From: Thiopseudomonas sp.
Lineage (GTDB): Bacteria; Pseudomonadota; Gammaproteobacteria; Pseudomonadales; Pseudomonadaceae
Length of the DNA stretch: 64,000 nt
Assembly: GCA_035271365.1 (NCBI GenBank)
Contig: DATERS010000159.1
Location: 14,886-78,885 of the forward strand
Direction of reading: 5' to 3'
Numbering within the stretch: the first letter of the stretch is position 1; every line of letters begins with the position of its first letter. The translations under genes and the position numbers were made by a program. Below are positions 30,806-43,292 of this stretch, piece after piece. The notes under the pieces were generated by a model. It was not told where the DNA came from and did not search any database. It saw nothing but the letters and a program-made list of their open reading frames with translations.

Positions 30806-31441
30806 ATGCCACTATCCAGCATTGAAATCATCTATGTCGACGCTCACATTTTAGTAGTTAACAAGCCCACTTTATTATTGTCTGTACCCGGACGTGCTGA
30901 AGATAATAAGGATTGCTTGGTCACTCGCCTGCAAGACAATGGCTACCCCGATGCACTGATCGTGCACCGCTTAGACTGGGAAACCACAGGTTTAATGATT
31001 CTTGCGCGAGATGCCGATAGCCACCGTGAGTTGTCACGCCAATTTCAAGACCGCGAAGTGCATAAACGCTATACCGCTCTGTGCTGGGGCGATCTTGCCC
31101 AAGATGAAGGCAAAGTTGAGCTCCCCATGCGTTATGACCCACCCAATAAACCACGCCAAATAGTCGATCATGAGCTCGGTAAGTACGCTCTAACCTTATG
31201 GAAAGTACTGCAACACAATACGGACCACTGCCGCATTGAGCTCACACCCTATACAGGGCGCTCACATCAGCTACGTGTACATATGGCAGCCATTGGGCAT
31301 CCGATCTTAGGCGACGGCCTCTACGCCCACGCAGAAGGGATTGCAGCCGCATCGCGCTTATGCCTACACTCAAGCGAATTGAGTGTCACTCACCCACATT
31401 CAAAGGAGCATTTAGCCTTTAACTGCCCCGCGCCTTTTTAA
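30806..31441 (+). CDS. rluA: RluA-family pseudouridine synthase
   Basis: Catalytic motif HRLDWETTG. The start is trimmed to MPLSSIEI, downstream of the minE terminator. Confidence 0.85.
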   Translation: MPLSSIEIIYVDAHILVVNKPTLLLSVPGRAEDNKDCLVTRLQDNGYPDALIVHRLDWETTGLMILARDADSHRELSRQFQDREVHKRYTALCWGDLAQDEGKVELPMRYDPPNKPRQIVDHELGKYALTLWKVLQHNTDHCRIELTPYTGRSHQLRVHMAAIGHPILGDGLYAHAEGIAAASRLCLHSSELSVTHPHSKEHLAFNCPAPF

Positions 31442-31535
31442 GTCAATATAGAGCGCTGTATTGCCGCACATATCCATCTTCTAGGCAGATGCATTACACT
31501 CTGCAATTAAGAACACTGAATTGGACAGGCACCCT

Positions 31536-32495
31536 ATGTCACCCCATGCAGCCTTACTTGCGTTACGCAATTATTTAACCAGTCAAATACTGGGCCAAGA
31601 ACGCCTGATTGATCGACTATTAATTACCTTGTTGGCCAACGGACACTTACTGGTTGAAGGTGCGCCAGGCTTAGCTAAAACTAAAGCTATCAAATACTTG
31701 GCGGAAGGTTTAGAGGCCAGCTTTCAACGCATTCAGTTCACGCCTGACTTACTGCCATCGGATATCACTGGTACTGATATTTATCGCCCTGAAAGCACCT
31801 CGTTTGAGTTTCAACAGGGTCCAATATTTCATAATCTAATTTTAGCCGATGAGATCAATCGTGCCCCCGCCAAAGTACAGTCTGCACTGCTTGAGGCGAT
31901 GGCTGAACATCAAGTCAGTATTGGCAATAATACTTACACCCTGCCCAACTTATTTTTAGTCCTGGCGACACAAAACCCAATTGAGCAAGAAGGCACCTAT
32001 CCTTTGCCGGAAGCACAGCTGGATCGCTTTTTAATGCATGTCAAAATTGGTTTTCCTGATGCGCAGATTGAGCGAAAAATCCTCCAGCAGTCACGCAGCA
32101 TCGCCCTGCAAGGTGAACAAAAACCAACGCAACTGCTCAGCCAAGACACACTCTTTGCCGCCCGAGAAGAGATTCTAAATTTATATATGGCCGATGCAAT
32201 GGAGGAGTACCTCGTGCAACTGGTGATTGCCACACGTACGCCGGCAAAATTTGATCCAGAGCTCGCCCAGTGGATTCGTTTTGGCGCCAGCCCGCGTGGT
32301 TCAATTGCGCTGGATCGCTGCTCCCGCGCGCACGCTTGGCTGGCAGGTCGCGACTTTGTCAGCCCAGAAGATATCCAAGCGGTATTATTTGACACATTAC
32401 GTCACCGCATTATTTTATCGTTTGAGGCCGAAGCCGCGGGCATTGATCAGGACCAAGTGCTACAGCATTTACTCAATATTGTCGCAGTCGCTTAA
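31536..32495 (+). CDS. MoxR-family AAA+ ATPase
   Basis: Walker A GAPGLAKT and Walker B LILADEINRA. I prefer the ATG at 31536 over the TTG at 31521. Confidence 0.93.
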   Translation: MSPHAALLALRNYLTSQILGQERLIDRLLITLLANGHLLVEGAPGLAKTKAIKYLAEGLEASFQRIQFTPDLLPSDITGTDIYRPESTSFEFQQGPIFHNLILADEINRAPAKVQSALLEAMAEHQVSIGNNTYTLPNLFLVLATQNPIEQEGTYPLPEAQLDRFLMHVKIGFPDAQIERKILQQSRSIALQGEQKPTQLLSQDTLFAAREEILNLYMADAMEEYLVQLVIATRTPAKFDPELAQWIRFGASPRGSIALDRCSRAHAWLAGRDFVSPEDIQAVLFDTLRHRIILSFEAEAAGIDQDQVLQHLLNIVAVA

Positions 32496-33436
32496 TGGAA
32501 ATGCATGGCCGCACGCATATTGATCTGCATAACCTGTTGGATATGCGCCATTATTTACAACGCATTGAGTTGTTTAGTACGCCATTGCAACGCAGCACTT
32601 TACTGGGCTTACATCGCTCACGCTTACGCGGCCGCGGCATGGATTTTGACCAAGTGCGCGCCTACCAAGCCGGTGATGATGCGCGCAGTATTGACTGGCG
32701 TGTTACCGCGCGAACAGGGACAGTGCATACTAAGGTCTTTCATGAAGAACGCGAGCGCCCAACCTTTATTTTAGTTGAGCAAAGCTTGCACCTGTTTTTT
32801 GCCAGCACTGGCTGTTTCAAGTCGGTTATTGCTGCCCAAGCGGCCAGTTTATTTGCCTGGGCCAGTCTTAAACACAATGACCGCGTTGGTGGCTTAGTTT
32901 TCGACCACAACAGCGCAAAGGCGATTGCTGTACATCGCAACAAACGTAGCGTGTTACATTTTTTACAGGCCATTACCGAGGCCAATCAGCGTCTACAACA
33001 ACCCATGACATCGGCATTAAATAATCCTTTACCACACGCTTTACAGCAAGCGCAGCGTCTAACACGACCTGGCAGCTTAATGATTTTAATCTGTAACGAG
33101 CGGCATTTAAATGATGAAACCAGCCAACTACTGCGCAACTTAGCTACACACGCTGAATTAATTTTACTACCCCTATCTGACCCTCTTGAGCACAGCTTAC
33201 CCCATATGGATAACGCTCTATTTAGCTTAGGTGAGCACAGAGTGCGCCTCAATACAGACAATCGATATGTGCGCCAGTATTGGGAGCAAATCGGCGCAGC
33301 CTATCAAACCGCCTGGCAAACACTAGCGCAACAACTCAATGCACCACTGCTGCCGCTGAGCACTGCACAACCCGTCGTGCAGCAATTACAAGTCATCAAC
33401 TTACGCCCGCCATACACGACCCAAGGCGCACTATGA
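32495..33436 (+). CDS. DUF58 domain protein (VWA-like partner of MoxR)
   Basis: Contains the motif RGRGMDFDQVRAYQAGDDARSIDW. It overlaps the moxR stop as TAATG. Confidence 0.88.
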   Translation: MEMHGRTHIDLHNLLDMRHYLQRIELFSTPLQRSTLLGLHRSRLRGRGMDFDQVRAYQAGDDARSIDWRVTARTGTVHTKVFHEERERPTFILVEQSLHLFFASTGCFKSVIAAQAASLFAWASLKHNDRVGGLVFDHNSAKAIAVHRNKRSVLHFLQAITEANQRLQQPMTSALNNPLPHALQQAQRLTRPGSLMILICNERHLNDETSQLLRNLATHAELILLPLSDPLEHSLPHMDNALFSLGEHRVRLNTDNRYVRQYWEQIGAAYQTAWQTLAQQLNAPLLPLSTAQPVVQQLQVINLRPPYTTQGAL

Positions 33437-33915
33437 TTAGCATTGACACACTGCAACCCATTATTTTACCCGAACCTATCAGTTGGTGGCCGCCAGCGCT
33501 GGGCTGGTGGCTGCTGACTCTATTGTTTATTGTAGTGCTAGTAACAAGCTACACAGTGATCCGCTATCGCAAACCCAAGCAGCCACCACTCAGCAGTGAC
33601 CCGTTGCGTGAGAGTGCTTTAGAGCAGCTCTACTCGCTTGCTAAACCCTATAGTGGTGAACAAGCAGGGCCATGGCTGCAGCAACTCAATCAATTGCTCA
33701 AGCGTATTTGCACGATACGTTATCCTGAACATACCAGTCACACCTTAAGCGGTCGTGAATGGCTGGCTTTTTTAGACAGTCGTTGTCCAGCCGCAGGGCT
33801 GACGCGCTGGATGATATTAGTACAAGGTACCTATCAGCCTGATTGCCGCTTGGATGATAAATCCATTACTCAATTACAACTCGCTATTGATACTTGGATC
33901 CGTAAGCATGTTTGA
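33433..33915 (+). CDS. DUF4381 domain membrane protein
   Basis: Begins MISIDTLQPIILPEPISWWPPALGWWLL followed by a transmembrane segment. It overlaps the DUF58 stop as ATGA. The ORF-track start at 33280 lies inside the DUF58 gene. Confidence 0.75.
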   Translation: MISIDTLQPIILPEPISWWPPALGWWLLTLLFIVVLVTSYTVIRYRKPKQPPLSSDPLRESALEQLYSLAKPYSGEQAGPWLQQLNQLLKRICTIRYPEHTSHTLSGREWLAFLDSRCPAAGLTRWMILVQGTYQPDCRLDDKSITQLQLAIDTWIRKHV

Positions 33916-34915
33916 ATTTGCTTGGCCATGGTTCTTACTATTACTACCGCTACCTTGGTTAGTGCGAATTTTGGCACCCCCTGTGCGCCAGCACGGCACT
34001 GAGCTGCACGTACCTTTTTATAACGAACTGCAAGTGCTGCAGCGTATTCAACGCAAAGCTCAGCCGTACTGGCGCAGCCAAGCGCTGATCTACAGCTTAA
34101 TTTGGCTACTATTGCTAACTGCCAGCGCACGCCCACAACTGCATGGCAGCCTAGAGGAACGTCCACAGACTGGGCGTGACTTATTAATTGCCATGGATGT
34201 ATCCAACTCGATGCTATACAGCGATATGACTCTAGATGGCAGCAGCCTATCGCGTATAAATTTTGTAAAATACTGGCTGGATAACTTTATTGCACAACGT
34301 CATGGCGACCGCTTAGGTCTGATTTTATTTGGCAGCCAGGCCTATCTGCAAGCACCCCTCACCTACGATCACCACAGTATCAAAACTTGGATTGCGGATG
34401 CTCAACCGGGGATTGCCGGTGAAACCACCTCCATTGGTGATGCGATCGGCTTAGCCATTAAACGCCTACGTGAGCGTCCAGCCCAGCAACGCGTACTGCT
34501 ACTTGTCACCGATGGCGCCAATAATAGCGGCGTGATGTCCCCTGTGGCTGCAGCACAATTGGCAGTGCGCTATCAAATTAAAATTTACACCATAGGCATT
34601 GGCAGCCGCCAAGCCAGTCTGTTGCATGAAATGATCGACACGTCGAGCCTTGAGTTAGACGAGCAAGGCTTAACTGAAATAGCGCAAATCACCAACGGTC
34701 AATATTTTCATGTCACCAACAGTAATGACTTTACCCTATTGCTCAACACCCTCAATCAGCTTGAACCCGGCTCTGATTACCAAACGCCCAAGCGTAAAGT
34801 TAATGAACTCTACAGCTGGCCATTGGCTACCGCACTATTGCTGAGCATGCTCTTGGTGGCCCTACGCCTGTACCGCGCGCAGCGACAGAAACGACTTGCA
34901 CAGGAAGCACACTGA
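33908..34915 (+). CDS. VWA domain protein, BatA-like
   Basis: N-terminus MFEFAWPWFLLLLPL, an intact MIDAS motif DVSNS, and a C-terminal transmembrane segment. Confidence 0.88.
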   Translation: MFEFAWPWFLLLLPLPWLVRILAPPVRQHGTELHVPFYNELQVLQRIQRKAQPYWRSQALIYSLIWLLLLTASARPQLHGSLEERPQTGRDLLIAMDVSNSMLYSDMTLDGSSLSRINFVKYWLDNFIAQRHGDRLGLILFGSQAYLQAPLTYDHHSIKTWIADAQPGIAGETTSIGDAIGLAIKRLRERPAQQRVLLLVTDGANNSGVMSPVAAAQLAVRYQIKIYTIGIGSRQASLLHEMIDTSSLELDEQGLTEIAQITNGQYFHVTNSNDFTLLLNTLNQLEPGSDYQTPKRKVNELYSWPLATALLLSMLLVALRLYRAQRQKRLAQEAH

Positions 34916-36648
34916 TGTCAGCAATCATCGCCAGTTGGCCGCAATGGACCCGTGTGTACTGGTTACTCTGTGTGCCACTGGCTGCATTGCTGTTGTGGTC
35001 TCTGTACCGGACACATCAAGCACAGCGTGACTGGCATTCATTTTTACCGCCAGCGTTCCATGCTATTTTACTCAATCAAAATGCACCGCGACAACGCCAC
35101 ACCCGCTACCTACTATTAGCTGCTGCCTGGCTGTTGGCCATTTTAGCGCTACTGGGCCCAAGCTGGGAAAGCACAGCTGAACAATCTGCAACAGAGCCAC
35201 AAGCCGCACCCTTAGTCATCGCTATTCAACTCACTACAGACATGTTGGCTAATGATTTAGCACCCAGCCGCCTGCATCATATTCGAGAAAAAGTACTGCG
35301 CATCTTGCAGCAACGCGACACTGCCTTTACCGCCCTTGTGGTCTACGCCGGTAGCGCGCATACACTCGTACCCTTAAGCAATGACTTACTGACCAGCAGC
35401 AATCTATTGCAGGCATTACAACCGGACTTAATGCCAGTACCCGGCCAGCGCGCAGACTTAGCCGTTGAACGCGGCATCCGCTTATTACAGCAAGGCGCAC
35501 AAGGCCAAGGACAGATCCTGCTGATCAGCACAGGCGTATCCAGCAGCGAACAAAAAGCGATCCGCCAGCACCTGCAACGTACAGCCATTGATTTGAAAAT
35601 TATGGGAGTTGGCACCACAACAGGTGCCCCTATCGCGCTTTCAACACAAAGCCACTTCCTGACCGACGCTGCAGGCGCTGTAGTGATCAGTCGCCTTGAT
35701 CAAACCTCACTGCAGTTACTCGCAAAAACAACACTGAGTCCCTATACCGATCTACGCCATGACGATAGCGATTTAGCCGCGCTTGACCTTGCGAGTCTGA
35801 CCGACAGCAACAGCACATCCGCACTGCTGCGTCCCGCTGTAGAGCAACGTGATCAAGGTTATTGGTTGATCTTACCCATACTTATTCTAGCCGCGACTTT
35901 TGCACGGCGTGGCAGTTTGCTATTGATTCTGGTGTGTCTATTGCCCATACCCTCTTTTGCTATGGACTGGGATGATCTCTGGCTACGCCCCGATCAACAA
36001 GGCGCACAACTGATTGAACAACAGCCGGCGCTGGCCGCGCACTACTTTATTGATCCACTATGGCGTGCCAGCGCATTATATTTAGCCCAAGACTATCAAG
36101 GTGCCGCTGAGCTCTTCGCTGATATCGACACACCTGAAGCACACTATAACCGTGGCAATGCATTAGCCTTAGCAGGCTTACTAGAGCAAGCCCTGCTTGC
36201 TTATCAGCAGGCTCTGGATCACGCCCCAGAGATGCTAGTTGCACAATACAATAAAGCCTTAGTTGAGCGTTCTTTAGCAGCAGCTCAACACAGTACAACG
36301 GACAATACAGAAACAGTACCGACAACACCCGAGTCAGTAGCCCACTCAGCTGACTCATTGAGCACAACAACACCTGAAGGCTCAACCCTCAACAACAGTC
36401 ATGCAACACACTCGCAAGATAACTCACAACTCATCTCTGCAAATGTAGCCGTCGAAGCCATTCAGACCGATAAACAAGCGCCAGCGCAGCTCGATCAAGA
36501 CAGCCCCACAGCCACACAGCCGTCTGAGCAGTCCACAGAATCTGCGATACACTTTGAAAGCTGGCTGGAACAGATACCTGATAATCCCAGCGAATTATTA
36601 AGACGCAAATTCTTATACGAACACACTATGCAGGAGGTTGCACCATGA
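34915..36648 (+). CDS. VWA plus TPR domain protein, BatB-like (BatB/BatC-type fusion)
   Basis: 577 aa with N-terminal transmembrane segments, a VWA-like region, a TPR region (EAHYNRGNALALAGLLEQALLAYQQAL) and an S/T/Q-rich tail. It overlaps batA as TGATG. Confidence 0.8.
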   Translation: MSAIIASWPQWTRVYWLLCVPLAALLLWSLYRTHQAQRDWHSFLPPAFHAILLNQNAPRQRHTRYLLLAAAWLLAILALLGPSWESTAEQSATEPQAAPLVIAIQLTTDMLANDLAPSRLHHIREKVLRILQQRDTAFTALVVYAGSAHTLVPLSNDLLTSSNLLQALQPDLMPVPGQRADLAVERGIRLLQQGAQGQGQILLISTGVSSSEQKAIRQHLQRTAIDLKIMGVGTTTGAPIALSTQSHFLTDAAGAVVISRLDQTSLQLLAKTTLSPYTDLRHDDSDLAALDLASLTDSNSTSALLRPAVEQRDQGYWLILPILILAATFARRGSLLLILVCLLPIPSFAMDWDDLWLRPDQQGAQLIEQQPALAAHYFIDPLWRASALYLAQDYQGAAELFADIDTPEAHYNRGNALALAGLLEQALLAYQQALDHAPEMLVAQYNKALVERSLAAAQHSTTDNTETVPTTPESVAHSADSLSTTTPEGSTLNNSHATHSQDNSQLISANVAVEAIQTDKQAPAQLDQDSPTATQPSEQSTESAIHFESWLEQIPDNPSELLRRKFLYEHTMQEVAP

Positions 36649-38294
36649 CCCCACGTTATCTCGCAGCCTATGTGCTCGGATTACTCCTGTTATGTCTACA
36701 GCCAATACAGGCAGCAACCTTTAGCGCACAAGTCGACCGCACCCAGCTCAATATGGGTGAAAGTGTTGAGCTTATTCTCGAGTCCACAGATAACGCGCAA
36801 TTTTCAACTCCGGATCTATCCCCCCTTAAACCCTTATTTGAGCTACTCACCAGCAAGCAGGTCAGCCGTCTCAGCACTGAAACAGGCGCTGAGCGCAACT
36901 TAACACAATGGATACTGACCTTACGACCAAAACAAATTGGACCGATAACCATTCCAGCGCTGAGCTTAGGTGAGCAACACAGTGCGCCTCTCCACTTATA
37001 TGTGCAGGCGCCGAGTGAGCACAGTATGGCTCCGCTTGAGCCGGTCTATATTGATACACAGTTGGACCAAGACAATGTCTATGTGCAAGCGCAAATCATG
37101 CTGACATTGCGCATTTACCACGCCATTCCTTTATTTTCTGATAGCAATCTAACGCCGCTACTGCTCGACAATGCACGGGTTGAACAGCTGGGAAAACCGC
37201 GTACCTTTGAGCAACATATCAACGGTGTACGCCATGGTGTGATCGAGATCAGTTATGCTATTTTTCCACAACAAGCCGGCGTCTTAGATATTCCAGAGCA
37301 GATATTCTCTGCCACCTTGGCCGGCCACAACCCCTATTCGCTAACACCCTTTACCGCACAACCCGGCCAACGTATTGAAGTTAAATCAGCACGTATTCCA
37401 ATACAGGTTAAAGAGATCCCCAGCACCTTCCCAAAAGACGCTATCTGGCTACCCGCTCAGCATCTCAGCCTAAAGCAAGAGTGGACGCCCAGCTTACTCG
37501 CACCGCTCAGCGTCGGTAATGCACTGACTCGCCTACTGATTCTGGAAGCACAAGGTTTACCCAGTTCACAACTTCCGCTTCTTTCTGAAAACACATCAGG
37601 CAGCTATAACCTCTACACCGACAAACCTTCGCTAAGTCATCGTTACACTGAGCAAGGTTTATTAAGCAGCCGTAATCAACGCCAAGCCTTGATCTTTCCC
37701 ACCGCAGGCCAATATGATTTAGCCGCAATCCGCTTACCGTGGTGGAACACGCAAACGGATCAACTTGAATATGCCGAGTTACCTCAACAAACTCTGCAAG
37801 TCATCGATCAGTCTCTGGGCCATAGCACTCTAGATAGCACCCCCATCGACAGCCCGTTGCTAGCATCACAGCTGAACCCAAAACAGCTTAGATTTTGGCA
37901 AATACTCAGTGCGTTTTTTATGGCTTTGAGCCTGCTCGGTTTTACACTCTGGTGGCGTGCACGTCACCAGCCCGCCATTGTTGTGGCCAGTAATACGCCA
38001 ACTGAGCGCAATCTGCTGGATGATTTAAAACGAGCGTGTTTATCCAACGACCCAACCAGCACCCGCCAAGCATTAGATGCTTGGGCACGCCAGCATCCTG
38101 AATCATTAGTGGATATGGCCGCACGTGATCAAAGCCTTAGCGAGGCTTTGGATGCATTAAATAGCGCGCTCTATAGTGAGAACAATAGCGACTGGCAAGG
38201 TCACGCAATTTGGCTGGCCATTGGCCAGTTACCCTTTAATGAGCAAAGAAATACTGACGCTGATGCTCAACTGCCACCGCTTTATCCACCCTAA
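36645..38294 (+). CDS. BatD-family (oxygen tolerance) protein
   Basis: 549 aa with a signal peptide and one late transmembrane segment. It overlaps batB as ATGA and is the last gene of the cluster. Confidence 0.78.
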   Translation: MTPRYLAAYVLGLLLLCLQPIQAATFSAQVDRTQLNMGESVELILESTDNAQFSTPDLSPLKPLFELLTSKQVSRLSTETGAERNLTQWILTLRPKQIGPITIPALSLGEQHSAPLHLYVQAPSEHSMAPLEPVYIDTQLDQDNVYVQAQIMLTLRIYHAIPLFSDSNLTPLLLDNARVEQLGKPRTFEQHINGVRHGVIEISYAIFPQQAGVLDIPEQIFSATLAGHNPYSLTPFTAQPGQRIEVKSARIPIQVKEIPSTFPKDAIWLPAQHLSLKQEWTPSLLAPLSVGNALTRLLILEAQGLPSSQLPLLSENTSGSYNLYTDKPSLSHRYTEQGLLSSRNQRQALIFPTAGQYDLAAIRLPWWNTQTDQLEYAELPQQTLQVIDQSLGHSTLDSTPIDSPLLASQLNPKQLRFWQILSAFFMALSLLGFTLWWRARHQPAIVVASNTPTERNLLDDLKRACLSNDPTSTRQALDAWARQHPESLVDMAARDQSLSEALDALNSALYSENNSDWQGHAIWLAIGQLPFNEQRNTDADAQLPPLYPP

Positions 38295-38457
38295 CTCGCC
38301 TATTATCAGTGCCTCTAGCGTATACTAGGGGATATGTAGGACTTTTGTTACTGCTGTTAAAGCGGTATGTTTATAGTATTTACACCCTATTTATAGCGCT
38401 GGGCAGGATGCTTTGGCGTATTTAATTTTATCATCTGCGAGCGAGATAATAACGACG

Positions 38458-39534
38458 ATGGCTGATTTACCAATCGATGATTTAAATATTGCTTCTAACG
38501 TGACACTGATCACTCCGGAGCAACTGAAAGAAAAAATACCGCTGAGTGCAAAAGCACAGCGCACTGTCTCGCATGGCCGCCAAGTGGTGCGTGATATTTT
38601 AGATGGCAAAGATCACCGTTTATTTATTGTGATTGGCCCCTGCTCTATCCATGACCTAAAAGCAGCGCATGAGTACGCAGACCGTCTAAAAACTTTGGCT
38701 GAAGAAGTTTCAGACACTCTGTTTTTAATTATGCGTGTGTATTTTGAAAAGCCACGTACCACTGTTGGCTGGAAAGGTTTAATCAACGACCCTTACCTAG
38801 ACGACACTTTTAAAATTGAAGATGGTCTGCATATTGGCCGCCAGTTACTGCTGGACTTAGCAGAGAAAGGTTTACCAACGGCCACTGAAGCGCTGGACCC
38901 TATCTCACCACAGTACTTGCAAGACTTAATCAGCTGGTCAGCCATTGGCGCACGCACCACTGAGTCACAGACCCACCGTGAAATGGCATCGGGATTATCC
39001 TCTGCAGTAGGCTTTAAAAACGGTACAGATGGCGGTTTGACTGTAGCGATTAACGCTCTACAGTCGGTTTCCAGCCCACACCGCTTCTTGGGTATTAACC
39101 AACAAGGTGGCGTCTCCATTGTGACCACCAAAGGTAACCCTTATGGTCACGTGGTGTTACGCGGTGGTAATGGTAAGCCCAACTACGATTCAGTCAGTGT
39201 AGCTTTATGTGAGCAAGAGCTGAACAAGCATAAGATTGAACCCAATATTATGATTGACTGCAGCCATGCCAACTCTAATAAAGACCCTGCGCTGCAACCT
39301 TTGGTACTGGACAATATCACCAATCAAATTGTCGACGGCAACCAATCTATCAGCAGTTTAATGGTTGAGAGTCACTTAGGCTGGGGTAGTCAGGCGATCT
39401 GTGCAGATTTAAGTCAATTGAAATACGGCGTATCGGTGACCGATGCCTGCATTGACTGGGATACCACTGAAGAAAGTATCCGCAATATGCATAAAAAACT
39501 AAAAGATGTTTTACCGGCTCGTAAGGGTAAGTAA
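38458..39534 (+). CDS. 3-deoxy-7-phosphoheptulonate (DAHP) synthase, class I (AroF/G/H type)
   Basis: Begins MADLPIDDLNI and contains GPCSIHD and KPRTTVGWKGL. The start is trimmed from 38413. The feedback specificity cannot be read from the sequence. Confidence 0.93.
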   Translation: MADLPIDDLNIASNVTLITPEQLKEKIPLSAKAQRTVSHGRQVVRDILDGKDHRLFIVIGPCSIHDLKAAHEYADRLKTLAEEVSDTLFLIMRVYFEKPRTTVGWKGLINDPYLDDTFKIEDGLHIGRQLLLDLAEKGLPTATEALDPISPQYLQDLISWSAIGARTTESQTHREMASGLSSAVGFKNGTDGGLTVAINALQSVSSPHRFLGINQQGGVSIVTTKGNPYGHVVLRGGNGKPNYDSVSVALCEQELNKHKIEPNIMIDCSHANSNKDPALQPLVLDNITNQIVDGNQSISSLMVESHLGWGSQAICADLSQLKYGVSVTDACIDWDTTEESIRNMHKKLKDVLPARKGK

Positions 39535-39550
39535 AACACTTAAGCGCTCA

Positions 39551-39590
39551 ACATTAACGCCCAGTCTTGTACTGGGCGTTAATGTTTGTA
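39551..39590. terminator. bidirectional terminator hairpin between convergent DAHP synthase and GNAT genes
   Basis: ACATTAACGCCCAGT-CTTGT-ACTGGGCGTTAATGT, a 15-bp stem, followed by TTTGT. Confidence 0.8.
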
Positions 39591-39598
39591 GCTATCAC

Positions 39599-39865
39599 TT
39601 ATTGCGGGTGACGCTGCAAGTACACAGCAATATACGAACAGCTCGGAATCACTTTATAGCCCTGCTCTTTCGCATAGGCCAGCGCTTCTTTAGCTAATAC
39701 AGCAGCAACGCCTTTACCACGTAACTCGTTGGGGACAAAGGTGTGATGCATATCCAGCGTTTTATCATCCACTGCGCGGTATTCTAAAATAGCGGTATAA
39801 CCATCAACCACTGTTGAAAAACATTGGGTTTGGACATTGTGTTCAACATGAATCGGCTCGCTCAT
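39599..39865 (-). CDS. small GNAT-family N-acetyltransferase (YjdJ-like)
   Basis: 88 aa from MSEPIHVEH, with the motif RGKGVAAVLAKEALAYAKEQG. The start is trimmed from 39904. Confidence 0.75.
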   Translation of the reverse strand: MSEPIHVEHNVQTQCFSTVVDGYTAILEYRAVDDKTLDMHHTFVPNELRGKGVAAVLAKEALAYAKEQGYKVIPSCSYIAVYLQRHPQ

Positions 39866-40044
39866 TGTTGCCTCCAAGATCAAGATATTAGCTTTAGCAT
39901 ACACTGATCTTGCTTTTGTGTATGCGTCTGGCCAACAGCCTTATTTCATCCTATTCTGGCAGCTCAACGCAGCAAAAGCTTAGCTCTAATAGATCAACAC
40001 AACGGACTATCATCCGTGGCATCCCACTCAGTTATCGCTGCGCC

Positions 40045-42423
<2,379 letters not shown>

Positions 42424-42427
42424 TCAA

Positions 42428-42453
42428 ACAAAAAAGAGCAGCCTTAGCTGCCC
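42428..42453 (-). terminator. weak terminator-like hairpin between zipA and ligA
   Basis: On the minus strand, GGGCAGC-TAAG-GCTGCTC is followed by TTTTTTGTTT. The stem is only 5-6 bp, so it is likely a partial terminator. Confidence 0.4.
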
Positions 42454-42479
42454 TTTCAGATTTTCAAAAACAACACTAT

Positions 42480-43292
42480 TTATAATGTATTAACCATCTG
42501 TCGACGTTCAAAGTCGGCAATGCGCTGACGATAATGTTCAATGGTCTGTGCTGTCAAAACACTGCGATGATCATCTTTAAGATCGCCGTCCAACTCTTTA
42601 GCCACTTTACGTGCGGCAGCAATCATTAAGTCAAAGGCCTGTCTACTATTGCGCGGGCCAGGTAAAGCCATAAAGAAGCACACTGCGCGAGTGCTAAACA
42701 TATCCATATCGTCTAAATCAAAGGTACCTGGATTGAGCGCATTAGCCATGGAAAACAGCGTATCACCGTGGCCCGTCATACTTTCGTGGCGATGAAAAAT
42801 ATCCATTGCACCAAAACGCAATCCACTTTCTAGAATGCTTTGTAATAATGCTGGACCCTTAAAACCATCGGGGCTACGCGACTCAACATTAATAATTAAA
42901 ATATCATTGTGTTGATCAGCTGCTGGATACGCTTCTTCTGGTTTTTCTTCAGCATCTTCATATGCACTTAAAAATGGTGAAGTGTCTGCCTCGTCTGCAT
43001 CTACAGCGTCGGGATCAAAATCATCCTGATGGGATCGGCGCTGATCCGTATCAATATGCAAGTTAAAATCAACCACTTCCGAGCTATCAATGGAGGGTTC
43101 TTGTTTTTTAACCACACGTGCGGGGCCGACTATTTCCGGATTTTCATCATCTTGTATATCAGCCAAATTTCGATCTAAACGAAACTTTAATGTACTTCTA
43201 TTACCACTCATTCGACGCCAAGCATCAAACAAAATGACAACTATAACGATAATGCCGATAACAAATATCCACTCACGTAAACCGATATCCAT
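42480..43292 (-). CDS. zipA: cell division protein ZipA
   Basis: N-terminal transmembrane segment ([22 protein letters not shown]), an acidic linker and a C-terminal FtsZ-binding domain. It lies upstream of ligA. Confidence 0.92.
   Translation of the reverse strand: MDIGLREWIFVIGIIVIVVILFDAWRRMSGNRSTLKFRLDRNLADIQDDENPEIVGPARVVKKQEPSIDSSEVVDFNLHIDTDQRRSHQDDFDPDAVDADEADTSPFLSAYEDAEEKPEEAYPAADQHNDILIINVESRSPDGFKGPALLQSILESGLRFGAMDIFHRHESMTGHGDTLFSMANALNPGTFDLDDMDMFSTRAVCFFMALPGPRNSRQAFDLMIAAARKVAKELDGDLKDDHRSVLTAQTIEHYRQRIADFERRQMVNTL

Noticed and set aside
33280-33432. N-terminal extension of the DUF4381 ORF, one example of the upstream TTG/GTG/ATG extensions in the ORF track. Others affect cydA, rluA, lpxL, hscB, iscS, cysE, der, the ybdL-like gene, the DAHP synthase, the GNAT, anr, hemN, the TauE-like gene and moxR.
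   Set aside because: The extensions overlap the preceding gene or a terminator, lack an SD, and are not present in homologue N-termini. Downstream starts with an SD or with coupling overlaps fit better.
38368-38384. TyrR-box-like sequence TGTTTATAGTATTTACA upstream of the DAHP synthase gene.
   Set aside because: The invariant G and C are separated by 13 nt instead of the 14 nt required by TGTAAA-N6-TTTACA, and the left half is a poor match.
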